A stretch of DNA of 59,442 bases from Bacteroidota bacterium (GTDB taxonomy: Bacteria; Bacteroidota; Bacteroidia; UKL13-3): NCBI GenBank assembly GCA_027487625.1, contig JAIYDG010000144.1, positions 1 through 59,442 of the forward strand, read 5' to 3'. A program made the position numbers and the translations under genes. The notes beneath the pieces are model-generated. The model saw only the letters and a list, made by a program, of their open reading frames with translations. It was not told the origin of the DNA and ran no database searches. How positions within the stretch are numbered: position 1 is the stretch's first letter; the number at the start of each line of letters is the position of its first letter. Of this stretch, positions 18,637-27,855 are shown one piece after another.

Positions 18637-21600
18637 TTAATTAATTACTACCAGTTTCTGGAACTGTTCAATTGGCTTTTGGCCCGAAACCCTGAATTTA
18701 ACTTTGTAAATATAAACTCCATTGGCCAACTTATCTCCATATTCGTCATTTCCATTCCAACTCAATTCAGAAAAGTGATTTCCTTCTGCATATCCATCGT
18801 AATCAAGTGTTTTGATTAATTGTCCGTTTACTGTAAAAATTTGAATGCTAACCGAGATGTCTTGTCCGGCCTGATTGTGGTCGAAATGAAAAACAGTGCT
18901 TCTGGTAAATGGATTTGGATAGTTTAAGACATGTTGAATTGATGGCTTTCCAGCAGGTTTTATTTCAAAATCAAGACTCGATTCTGCAGGATTATTATAA
19001 GCATCATATGAACGGAAACGAAGCGTATGTTTTCCAATTGGTAGATTTTTGAATTTATACCTTACTTCTCCACTTTGATAAGAATTAATGGTAGCTTGGT
19101 AATAATCATTAACAACAATTGCTTTGCTATTTTCATTGTTTAAAACCAATGTTAAATCTCTACCAATTCCTCTTCCGGTAGTATTGATTCCATTTTCATC
19201 AAATAATTTGGCAATAAAAGTTGGATTCTCATCTGTTAACCCTCCATTTACAAACTTCTCATCATTCATAAATAATTTCAATTCCGGACCTGTTTTGTCT
19301 GAACCAATTGAATCTGAAGTACCTCCAATAATTAATGAATTTGAATAACCTGATGCATCTGAAACTCCATTGCTTGCATATGCAGAAAATTTGCCATAAC
19401 CAAATTGATAGGAAATATCTTTAGGCACAATAAAAGTGAAGCTAAATAATCCATCATTTACAGAAGCTTTACCTCTATATAAAACATTATTTTGCATCCT
19501 AAATTCCATAGGATTACTTTGTTCTGGATTGTTTACCAAAGTTTTGTAGTTTTCCGATTTGTCGAATAAGGTTGGGAAAATTTCACCATCAAAATCACTC
19601 ATCAAAACTCCTTTTTTATCAACTAATTTCCCTGAAATAGTAACTTTTTCTAAAGCTTTAATCGTATCATTAAATTGAAGGATTGATACACCATTAATTT
19701 CTGTTGGTATTATTTCATTTTTAGGATACGACATCTTCAAAAATGGATCTCCTAAAAAAGTAAAGTTTCTTGTATTTTTATCTAAATAGGAATTCTTAGT
19801 TTTCATTAAAACATCACCCAATCTTGGTGGATTTAATTGCGAAACAGAATCAAGTCCTACATTGTCAAAAAATCTTGAATTTAGAATTTCATTTTGACCT
19901 GAATAAACTAATCTAACAGTAGTGAATAATCCTATTCCACCGCCATTTGGATTCAATAAAACCATTTCTCCTGCTGAAACTCTTGATGGGTCATCAAACC
20001 TACTAAACTCACAAGTTGCAGTAACAAACAATGGCAGTTTGGTTTTATTCGACCAAGCATTGATATCTTCAACTCCCATTACTCTTTCAGCAGTTAAACC
20101 AACTTCACCACCATGACCAGTATAATTAAAAATAAGGCATCCTTTTTCAATAGCATTATTCATGGCTTTATTTGCGTCTGGATAACGCGCTCCGCCAGCC
20201 GTAATCTCTCTTGGATAAGCATCTAAAAAAATCTTTTGAATATTGTACTCAGGAAAACGATTTCCTACATTATTCGCTAAACTATTCGATTGATTTTGAT
20301 GTGCATTAAAATCTTCATCATCGGCCATAAACACCATTTTGTTTCTCCAATCACCAAATGAAGTTTCTTTGGTATAAGAAATGAATTTATCTACCATTTC
20401 AGCAGCTTCAGAAGCACTTGAAATAGGCAACCTACCTAAGCCAATATCCATTAATTCTCCAGGGTCGCCATCTCTATCCCAATTACCTTCATTTTCATCT
20501 AAAAAGCATATATAATCATCGCTGCAATATGATGTTGTTGGGTCGAACGATTCAAAACTTTGGAATGCAGGAACAAAATTTGAGTTCACTTTGATTCTAT
20601 ATTTATAATCATATGAAGCCCTTCCAAATAACATAACATCAGCTAATTTTATGGAACCTGTTAGTGTTTTTTCATAAAACATTTTTAAAAAATCTCTCAA
20701 TGCAGTTAAGTCTTGTGAACCTGAAGAAAACTCATTATAAATCTGTTGAATATTGATAACATGAATATCTAATCCATCATTTTCTTTATGAAATTTCGCT
20801 AAGCGACTAGCCTCATCAAAAAAATCAGGATGTGTTAAAATTAAGCCATGAGCTGGACTTAAAGCATGTAGATTTTGGTTAAGTATTTTACCAATAATTT
20901 TAGGCTGAAGAAAATTACTTCCATCAATTACTGCGAACTCTCTTAAACTATCGGTGTTACAAGTAAAACTATAATTACTTGCAGCAAAAGATCCTTCTAT
21001 TTCAAAAGGATTTACTGCATTTGTTACATCCCATACATTTAAAGTACGGTTAGTATTGATATTAAACTTGGTTTTAGCAGCACTAGCAATTGATTTTTTA
21101 TCTCTAAATACGAAATTACCACTTGAATTTTTTAGATTTACCCGAGCCACAATTTCGAAAAAATCTAACCAACCAATACTTCCACTGGCTGGTTTATTGT
21201 ATGCATAAGTTACATTTAAAGTTTGGTTTGAAACCGTAAATTCAGCAGCAACATAATTTAATCCAGATGTAAATGGTTTCTCATAACCACCAATAGTAAT
21301 ACCCATATTATGTGATAAAACATTGGAACCATTAATTGTAACTGCAAATGTACTTGGAACAATTGATCTGGAGGTTGCTGAAGACAACATACGCAATGGC
21401 TGAGCAATAATTAAATTTGGAATACTCAAGTTAAAACTTTGTGAGGTAACCCTATCAAATTCTTCTCCTACCCAAACTTTTCCTGATTTGGTTAGATTTG
21501 ATCTCTCGTTTTCATATAAATAAGTATAATCAGCTTCAGAAGATTCTTGAGTGAAAGTGGATTCTGAGTTAATTTTAGAAATTCTCTTTCCATTTTCATT

Positions 21601-22422
21601 AGAAACAGTTAGAAAATAATAAGTGGTATCACTATACAAATTTGATTGGTGACTATAGGTTCCAGATTGTTTGTTAAAAATCCATTGGTCGATTTGAGAT
21701 TCGCCATAAAACAGGATAAAATCATTTGTATTAAATTTACCATCCTCTTCACCCTTTACCTGAATTGAAATTTCATTTAAATCATCATATCTAAAAGCAC
21801 TATTAGGAGTAGGGAGCATTCCAGCACCGTTTCCATAAAATTTAATTTTTCTTGGGTCGATTAAATCTGGATTAATGCCCATTGTTCTTAATCCATTATA
21901 ATCAATTCTATGAATACCGTTTTGGGTTGTTGCGATTTTAAACCAATCACCTGAGGCCAAAACCGAATTTGCAGCAGCTTTTTTTAATGAAACTTTCTTG
22001 ATTGCTGGTTTGGTATTGATTTGAAGTTTGAAACTCTGCAAAATCAGCAAATCATTTGCATTTTGCTTTATAGCATCAATTTGAACAATCAATTTTGATT
22101 TTCCTTTTTCAAAAGCAGGATAAGTTCTTATTGAAAAATTTGAAGGAAAATTCCCCATTGAGGCAATACTTGGAAAATCCAATCGTTTAAAATCTTCAAA
22201 AATTAGTTGAGCTGAAAGAAATTCTTCACCATTTAGGTCTAAAATTTCTGAAAAAACCGGAACTGATTCCTGATTTTTAAGAAAAATTTCACCTTCGAAA
22301 TGAGGTAAATTCTTAAAATTGGAAGAATTTTTCCAATTAATTTTCCTTTCAACTAAAATTTCTTTTGCCTCCAAAAAGTGAGAAAAAAGAAAAAAAAGCG
22401 ACGAAAAAAGAAAAATTTTCAT
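18637..22422 (-). CDS. porU: T9SS C-terminal signal peptidase PorU (C25 gingipain-like)
   Basis: The ATG at 22422 gives signal peptide MKIFLFSSLFFLFSHFLEA. C25-type catalytic His (NYTGHGGE) and Cys (FVTATCEFSRFD) are present, along with a retained C-terminal T9SS-type domain (VLNYPNPF...). The track start at 22524 is a TTG upstream extension. Confidence 0.9.
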   Translation of the reverse strand: MKIFLFSSLFFLFSHFLEAKEILVERKINWKNSSNFKNLPHFEGEIFLKNQESVPVFSEILDLNGEEFLSAQLIFEDFKRLDFPSIASMGNFPSNFSIRTYPAFEKGKSKLIVQIDAIKQNANDLLILQSFKLQINTKPAIKKVSLKKAAANSVLASGDWFKIATTQNGIHRIDYNGLRTMGINPDLIDPRKIKFYGNGAGMLPTPNSAFRYDDLNEISIQVKGEEDGKFNTNDFILFYGESQIDQWIFNKQSGTYSHQSNLYSDTTYYFLTVSNENGKRISKINSESTFTQESSEADYTYLYENERSNLTKSGKVWVGEEFDRVTSQSFNLSIPNLIIAQPLRMLSSATSRSIVPSTFAVTINGSNVLSHNMGITIGGYEKPFTSGLNYVAAEFTVSNQTLNVTYAYNKPASGSIGWLDFFEIVARVNLKNSSGNFVFRDKKSIASAAKTKFNINTNRTLNVWDVTNAVNPFEIEGSFAASNYSFTCNTDSLREFAVIDGSNFLQPKIIGKILNQNLHALSPAHGLILTHPDFFDEASRLAKFHKENDGLDIHVINIQQIYNEFSSGSQDLTALRDFLKMFYEKTLTGSIKLADVMLFGRASYDYKYRIKVNSNFVPAFQSFESFDPTTSYCSDDYICFLDENEGNWDRDGDPGELMDIGLGRLPISSASEAAEMVDKFISYTKETSFGDWRNKMVFMADDEDFNAHQNQSNSLANNVGNRFPEYNIQKIFLDAYPREITAGGARYPDANKAMNNAIEKGCLIFNYTGHGGEVGLTAERVMGVEDINAWSNKTKLPLFVTATCEFSRFDDPSRVSAGEMVLLNPNGGGIGLFTTVRLVYSGQNEILNSRFFDNVGLDSVSQLNPPRLGDVLMKTKNSYLDKNTRNFTFLGDPFLKMSYPKNEIIPTEINGVSILQFNDTIKALEKVTISGKLVDKKGVLMSDFDGEIFPTLFDKSENYKTLVNNPEQSNPMEFRMQNNVLYRGKASVNDGLFSFTFIVPKDISYQFGYGKFSAYASNGVSDASGYSNSLIIGGTSDSIGSDKTGPELKLFMNDEKFVNGGLTDENPTFIAKLFDENGINTTGRGIGRDLTLVLNNENSKAIVVNDYYQATINSYQSGEVRYKFKNLPIGKHTLRFRSYDAYNNPAESSLDFEIKPAGKPSIQHVLNYPNPFTRSTVFHFDHNQAGQDISVSIQIFTVNGQLIKTLDYDGYAEGNHFSELSWNGNDEYGDKLANGVYIYKVKFRVSGQKPIEQFQKLVVIN

Positions 22423-22502
22423 CTTTTTTGGGCTTAAATACTCAAAATATTGCATGTTAGATTTTAAAATACTTATTATTGAAAATTCGTAAACTGGATT
22501 AA

Positions 22503-22539
22503 AAACGATAACAAAGAAAAACAAATTGTGTTATCGTTT
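22503..22539. promoter_or_regulatory. 11-bp perfect inverted repeat in the divergent porU / sprF intergenic region
   Basis: AAACGATAACA-N15-TGTTATCGTTT lies between the porU start (22422) and the PorP/SprF start (22607). Confidence 0.4.
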
Positions 22540-22606
22540 GAAACATTGTTTACAGAAACCCTATAATTGCAAACTTGTTTTTAAACTAGGATCGAAAATT
22601 AATATA

Positions 22607-23635
22607 ATGACCTTTTATCAAAAGTGGCATAAAAAGGCCTACATATTTCTGCTAATTATAATCACCATTTGTGGTGAATATGCCTCTGCGCAGGATCCTC
22701 AGTTTTCTCAGTTCTATGCCAATCCAATTTATACAAACCCAGCCTTCGCCGGAACTCAGACGGTTGGAAGAATTGTAACCAATGTCAGACAACAATGGCC
22801 AGGTATTCCAGGTTCATTCAGAACTGGTACATTTAGTTATGATGAACACTTTGATGCTATTAATGGAGGATTTGGTGTTCAAGCAACATTTGATGAACAA
22901 GGTGTTGGTACACTTAGAACAGTTGGTTTGAATGTAATGTATTCTTATCAAATTCCTGTTACAAGGAAATTTACAATGAGAGCAGCTGTACAAGCCGGAG
23001 TTATTCAAAAATCAGTAGATTTCTCAAAATTAACTTGGTATGATCAAATAGTTTTAGGAAATGGATTTATAAATCCACCAAGTGAATCGGTTTATATGCA
23101 AGGTGGTGATTTAAACCCATCTATATTCATTACTAACTTTGCAGCAGGAATTTCTGGATACTCTAAGAATTTCTATTTTGGTTTAGCCGCACATAATTTA
23201 TTTGAACCAACCCAAGACTTTTTCTCTACTGGAGATGTAGAAAATCCTAATAGAATTCCTAGAAGATTTACTGGAAATATAGGCTTAGTAATTCCTGTTG
23301 TTGAAAGCAGAAATCCCAAATACAGAGCTAATCTTTATCCGAATGTCATTGTAAAATCGCAAAGACAATTTCAGCAATTGAATTTAGGTATGTACGCAAG
23401 TAGAGGCTCATTTTTAGCCGGATTGTACTACAGAGCGAATGCCGTAAATTCAGATGCTTTTATCATACTTTTAGGTATCAGAACTCCAAAAGTAAGAATC
23501 GGATATTCATACGATGCAACTGTTAGTGAAGCCAGACCAGGTGCAGCCAACTCTCACGAAGTTTCATTATCTTTTGAATTACACAAAAGAACACCGAAAA
23601 GAACTGTTAGAGCAATGCGTTGTCCAGAATTTTAA
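22607..23635 (+). CDS. T9SS membrane protein, PorP/SprF family (paralogue 1)
   Basis: The ATG at 22607 gives a signal peptide ending SAQDPQFSQFYANPIYTNPAFAG, the family signature. The rest is a beta-barrel-like pattern. Confidence 0.85.
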   Translation: MTFYQKWHKKAYIFLLIIITICGEYASAQDPQFSQFYANPIYTNPAFAGTQTVGRIVTNVRQQWPGIPGSFRTGTFSYDEHFDAINGGFGVQATFDEQGVGTLRTVGLNVMYSYQIPVTRKFTMRAAVQAGVIQKSVDFSKLTWYDQIVLGNGFINPPSESVYMQGGDLNPSIFITNFAAGISGYSKNFYFGLAAHNLFEPTQDFFSTGDVENPNRIPRRFTGNIGLVIPVVESRNPKYRANLYPNVIVKSQRQFQQLNLGMYASRGSFLAGLYYRANAVNSDAFIILLGIRTPKVRIGYSYDATVSEARPGAANSHEVSLSFELHKRTPKRTVRAMRCPEF

Positions 23636-23773
23636 GAGGAAATTAATTTTCCTTACTTCGATTTTACATAAAAAATAAAAAGATTTTCTAAATTGCAGAT
23701 TCTAAATATTCAATAGAATTTAATTTCTTTAAGAAATAAGAAAAAATAATTCGCGTTGGAATTTATATTTAGC

Positions 23774-24775
23774 ATGAACCAAATGAGAAAAATATTATTT
23801 GTTTGCCTGACTTTAAGCTTGTTGCTTCCAGAATTAAAAGCACAAGATCCACAACTTAGTCAATACTATGCCGCTTCTTTATATACTAACCCAGCAATGG
23901 CTGGAGCGAGTAGAAATCTTCGTTTAGCAATCTCTGGTAGAAGTCAGTACACTGGCTTACAAAATAACTATAAGACTGGTGTAGCTGCATTTGACGCTTA
24001 CATTGGCGGAGTTAATAGTGGAATTGGGTTAATTAGTTCTTATGATGTTTCTGGTGATGGATTTCTAACCACAAGCTCAGCATCTGCCATTTATTCTTAC
24101 AATGCTCAATTAAACAGAGATTGGGGATTTAATGCAGCTCTACAAGGAGGAATCATTCAAAAAACCTTCGATTTTAACAAATTTACCTTTGGTGACATGA
24201 TTGACCCGGTTTTGGGTCCGATTTTAAAAACCCAGGAAACAATTCCAATGGAAACCAGAACCATCCCAAACTTTGGTTTTGGAACATTAATTTTCAGCAA
24301 TAGATTATTTGCTGGTGCTGCCATTCACAATTTACTTGAACCAAACCAATCTTTCTTCTACCAAAATGCAGATTCATCAGCATTAAGATTACCAAGAAGA
24401 TATACTGTTCATGGAGGTTTTAACATTTATTTGAATAAAACTAGGTACGAAGAAGATAGAATTATTTTATCTCCCAACTTGCTTTTCATGCAACAAAGGA
24501 ATTTTTATCAGGTGAATGTAGGATTTTATGTAAAGCAAAAAGCTTTGACACTAGGAACTTGGTTCCGTCAAACTTCCAAAAATGCTGATGCAGCAATTTT
24601 CATGATTGGAATGCGTTTTACTAATTTTAAAATTGGTTACAGTTATGATGCTGTAATTTCTAAGGCATCTACAGCAGCAGTAGGCTCTCACGAAATCTCT
24701 ATGGTATTTGAATTCAAGCCAGATACAGGAGGAAGAAGAAGGAGTAGTAAAGCTTTAAGATGCCCAGATTTATAA
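23774..24775 (+). CDS. T9SS membrane protein, PorP/SprF family (paralogue 2)
   Basis: KAQDPQLSQYYAASLYTNPAMAG signature. The C-terminus ...GSHEISMVFEF...ALRCPDL parallels paralogue 1 (...NSHEVSLSFEL...AMRCPEF). Confidence 0.85.
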   Translation: MNQMRKILFVCLTLSLLLPELKAQDPQLSQYYAASLYTNPAMAGASRNLRLAISGRSQYTGLQNNYKTGVAAFDAYIGGVNSGIGLISSYDVSGDGFLTTSSASAIYSYNAQLNRDWGFNAALQGGIIQKTFDFNKFTFGDMIDPVLGPILKTQETIPMETRTIPNFGFGTLIFSNRLFAGAAIHNLLEPNQSFFYQNADSSALRLPRRYTVHGGFNIYLNKTRYEEDRIILSPNLLFMQQRNFYQVNVGFYVKQKALTLGTWFRQTSKNADAAIFMIGMRFTNFKIGYSYDAVISKASTAAVGSHEISMVFEFKPDTGGRRRSSKALRCPDL

Positions 24776-24910
24776 AATTTTACACTCAGACTTTTTTTAA
24801 TAAAAATCCGTTATATTTGAAAATTCCAAATTTCCCGTTTTCCACAATCTTTTAAAGATTCAAGAAAAATGAGTGATTTAGAAAACAACTAAAAAACAAT
24901 TGATACTCAA

Positions 24911-26356
24911 ATGAAAATAAGTTCAAAAGCTTTGGTATTCACACTTGCAGGAGCATTAGCGCTCTATACAAGTTCCTGCAATCGTGCTGGTAAATCGAGC
25001 ACAACAGGTTGGAAATACAATGATGCTAAATGGGGCGGATTTGAAAAACACAAATTCAAGGAGCAAGAAACAGGCCCGGGTCTTGTTTTTGTTGAAGGTG
25101 GTACCTTTACTATGGGTAGCGCTGAACAGGATTTGACTTTCGACCATAATAACTACAAACGTCGTGTTTCAGTTAGTAGCTTCTATATGGATGAAACTGA
25201 GGTTACCAATTTTCATTATTTAGAATATTTACATTGGTTGATGCGTCAATATGGCGATAACCCAATTATTCATAAAAAAGCTTTACCTGATACTTTGGTT
25301 TGGAGAGATAAATTATCTTATAACGAACCTTATGTATTGTATTATTTACGTCACCCTGCTTACAGAGATTATCCTGTAGTTGGTGTAAGTTGGGTACAAG
25401 CAGCTGAATATTGCAAATGGCGTACAGACCGTGTTAATGAAATGATTATGGTTCGTGAAGGTTTAGTAAACCTTGACATCCAAAAACAAACAGGTGATCA
25501 AAACTTCAACACTGAAGCTTATTTATTAGGATTATATACTCCTTCAGTTAAAAAAGAATTGAGAGATTATGCTCCAGGTGGAAAAACTCGTGGTGTTAGA
25601 ATGGAAGATGGTATTTTATTACCTTCATACCGCCTACCAACAGAAACTGAGTGGGAATACGCTGCAGGTGGTTTCAAATCTGCTTCTTTCAACGAAAACA
25701 TCGATGCTAAAAGAATTTATCCTTGGAATGGTTTAACATTAAGAAGAGGTGATACTGAGAAAACTCGTGGTAAAATGTATGCAAACTACACTCGTGGTCG
25801 TGGAGACGGAGCTGGTATTGCAGGTAACTTAAACGACGGTGCTCTTTATACTCATAAAGTTAAAGATGCCAAGTTTTTACCAAATGATTATGGTTTGTTC
25901 CATATGTCTGGTAATGTAAGCGAATGGACTGGTGATGTTTATCGTCCACTTTCATTAGAAGATATGACAGGTTTTAATCCTTATCGTGGTAACGTTTACA
26001 AAAAATACAAAACTGATGCTGATGGATTCATTTCTGAAAAAGATAGCTTAGGTCGTTTGATTTATGTTGACGTAACTGAAGAAGATAACGCCCAAAGAAG
26101 AAACTACAAACGTTCTGACAATATTGGTTTCAAAGACGAATTAACTTATACCGATATCGAACAAAAATATGATTACGGTGCAAGTTCTTTAGTTGATAAC
26201 GCAGCTCGTGTTTACAAAGGTGGATCTTGGGCAGATAGAGCTTATTGGTTGAGTCCTGGTACTCGCAGATACTTAGACCAAGAGCAATCAACAGCTACAG
26301 TAGGTTTCCGTTGTGTTATGGACCGTGTAGGTGAAATGACCAAAAAAGGTAAATAA
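24911..26356 (+). CDS. gldJ: Gliding motility / T9SS lipoprotein GldJ (SUMF1/FGE-like fold)
   Basis: 481 aa. Lipoprotein signal (LYTSSC), then TTGWKYNDAKWGGFE...VFVEGGTFTMG and the sulfatase-modifying-factor-like repeats typical of GldJ. A TATATTTG -7 box sits at 24812-24819. Confidence 0.9.
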   Translation: MKISSKALVFTLAGALALYTSSCNRAGKSSTTGWKYNDAKWGGFEKHKFKEQETGPGLVFVEGGTFTMGSAEQDLTFDHNNYKRRVSVSSFYMDETEVTNFHYLEYLHWLMRQYGDNPIIHKKALPDTLVWRDKLSYNEPYVLYYLRHPAYRDYPVVGVSWVQAAEYCKWRTDRVNEMIMVREGLVNLDIQKQTGDQNFNTEAYLLGLYTPSVKKELRDYAPGGKTRGVRMEDGILLPSYRLPTETEWEYAAGGFKSASFNENIDAKRIYPWNGLTLRRGDTEKTRGKMYANYTRGRGDGAGIAGNLNDGALYTHKVKDAKFLPNDYGLFHMSGNVSEWTGDVYRPLSLEDMTGFNPYRGNVYKKYKTDADGFISEKDSLGRLIYVDVTEEDNAQRRNYKRSDNIGFKDELTYTDIEQKYDYGASSLVDNAARVYKGGSWADRAYWLSPGTRRYLDQEQSTATVGFRCVMDRVGEMTKKGK

Positions 26357-26377
26357 GAAAAAAAGAATTTATAAAAA

Positions 26378-26404
26378 ATGCCGCTTCAAAAGAGCGGCAT
26401 TTTT
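26378..26404 (+). terminator. gldJ terminator
   Basis: ATGCCGCT / AGCGGCAT stem followed by a T-run. Confidence 0.7.
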
Positions 26405-26495
26405 ATTTTATTATGATCTGATAAGTAGGGATTTAATGCCTTAAATCCCTACTCAATCGATTGATGTAGCTATAAAAGATTTTAGCAGCCCAAAT

Positions 26496-27803
26496 TTATT
26501 TGATAAAATCTATTAATGATTCTAACTTCATTCCCCTTGAGCCTTTTAGAAAGACAAATCTTGAACTGATAGGATGCAATTTTAATTCTTCAATAACATC
26601 AGACGTTTGTTCAAATTTCCTAAAAATTGAATTGGTTTTATAAAAGGCTTTACCAACTAACCAAACCTCAATTCCTGAAATATTCTTACAGTAATCAGAA
26701 ATACTTTGGTGTTCCTCTGCTTCATATTTGCCCATCTCAAACATATCACCCAAAATCAATAATTTATTGGGACCATCCATTTGGATAAAATTCCGAATGC
26801 TAAGCTCCATGCTACTGGGATTGGCATTATATGCATCTAAAAATATTTTGTTCTCTGTTTTATCAATTAACTGGGACCTTAAATTACTTGGTTTGTATGC
26901 TTCAACTCCTGCTTTAATTTCTTCTTCACTTAATCCAAAATGTAAGCCGATTGCAACTGCTGCCATGATATTATCAAAATTGTAATCACCACTTAAATTA
27001 CTTTCGATATCAAATCCATCTAAATTGAATATAATTTTAGGCTGAAGTGTTTTGGCATAACATGAATAATCAGCTGTAGTAGATTTATCTTTATGATTAC
27101 CCGAATAAGTTATTCTGTTTTCAATCCCTAAAGACATTTCCATTAATTTGGAATCCTGGATATTTACAAATGCTGTTCCATTATTCGCTTTTAAGAAATC
27201 ATACAATTCTTTGTTAGATTGAATTACACCTTCTATGCTGCCAAATCCTTCCAAATGATCTTTTCCATTATTTGTTACAAGTCCAAAATCAGGTAATGCA
27301 ATTTCACATAAAAGGGCATTTTCATTGACATGATTGGCACCCATTTCAATAACTGCCAACTGGTGCGAATCCTTCAACATTAATAATGTTAAAGGTAAGC
27401 CTATATGATTATTAAAATTTCCAGGAGTAAATAAAATATTCTTAGCCTGACTTAATACAGAACTGATAAGTTCTTTACTAGTTGTTTTGCCATTTGAACC
27501 AACAATAGCAATCACTGGAATATTGAGCTTTCTTCTGTGAAAAGAAGCCAAATCCTGCAAAGCCTTTAAAGCATCTTCAACTAAAATAAAACGATGATCT
27601 GCACAAACACTTGGATCATCAACCAATGCTAAAGCTGCACCATTGTTTAAAGCCTGATTCGCAAAGGAATTTCCATCAAAATTTCCCCCCTTCAACGCAA
27701 CGAAAAAACAGTCTTTTGTAATTTTTCTGGTATCTGTGCACACATCAGGAAAATTAAGATATAATTGATATAACTTCTCAATCGAAATCATTTTATGAAC
27801 CAT
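26496..27803 (-). CDS. murF: UDP-N-acetylmuramoyl-tripeptide--D-alanyl-D-alanine ligase
   Basis: 435 aa. Mur ligase P-loop VGSNGKTT, the MurF N-terminal domain (DTRKI...FVALKG..FDG) and the C-terminal domain are present. The start may instead be ATG 27791. Confidence 0.9.
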   Translation of the reverse strand: MVHKMISIEKLYQLYLNFPDVCTDTRKITKDCFFVALKGGNFDGNSFANQALNNGAALALVDDPSVCADHRFILVEDALKALQDLASFHRRKLNIPVIAIVGSNGKTTSKELISSVLSQAKNILFTPGNFNNHIGLPLTLLMLKDSHQLAVIEMGANHVNENALLCEIALPDFGLVTNNGKDHLEGFGSIEGVIQSNKELYDFLKANNGTAFVNIQDSKLMEMSLGIENRITYSGNHKDKSTTADYSCYAKTLQPKIIFNLDGFDIESNLSGDYNFDNIMAAVAIGLHFGLSEEEIKAGVEAYKPSNLRSQLIDKTENKIFLDAYNANPSSMELSIRNFIQMDGPNKLLILGDMFEMGKYEAEEHQSISDYCKNISGIEVWLVGKAFYKTNSIFRKFEQTSDVIEELKLHPISSRFVFLKGSRGMKLESLIDFIK

Positions 27804-27855
27804 TTAAGTTTAACTTAATGGCAATTACGTTAATTTTACTCTCAAATTCACAAAT

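Noticed and set aside
26423-26452. 13-bp hairpin AGTAGGGATTTAA / TTAAATCCCTACT between gldJ and murF, considered as a second terminator or repeat element.
   Set aside because: There is no U-run on either strand and no second copy in the window. It may help terminate murF, but the evidence is insufficient to call.
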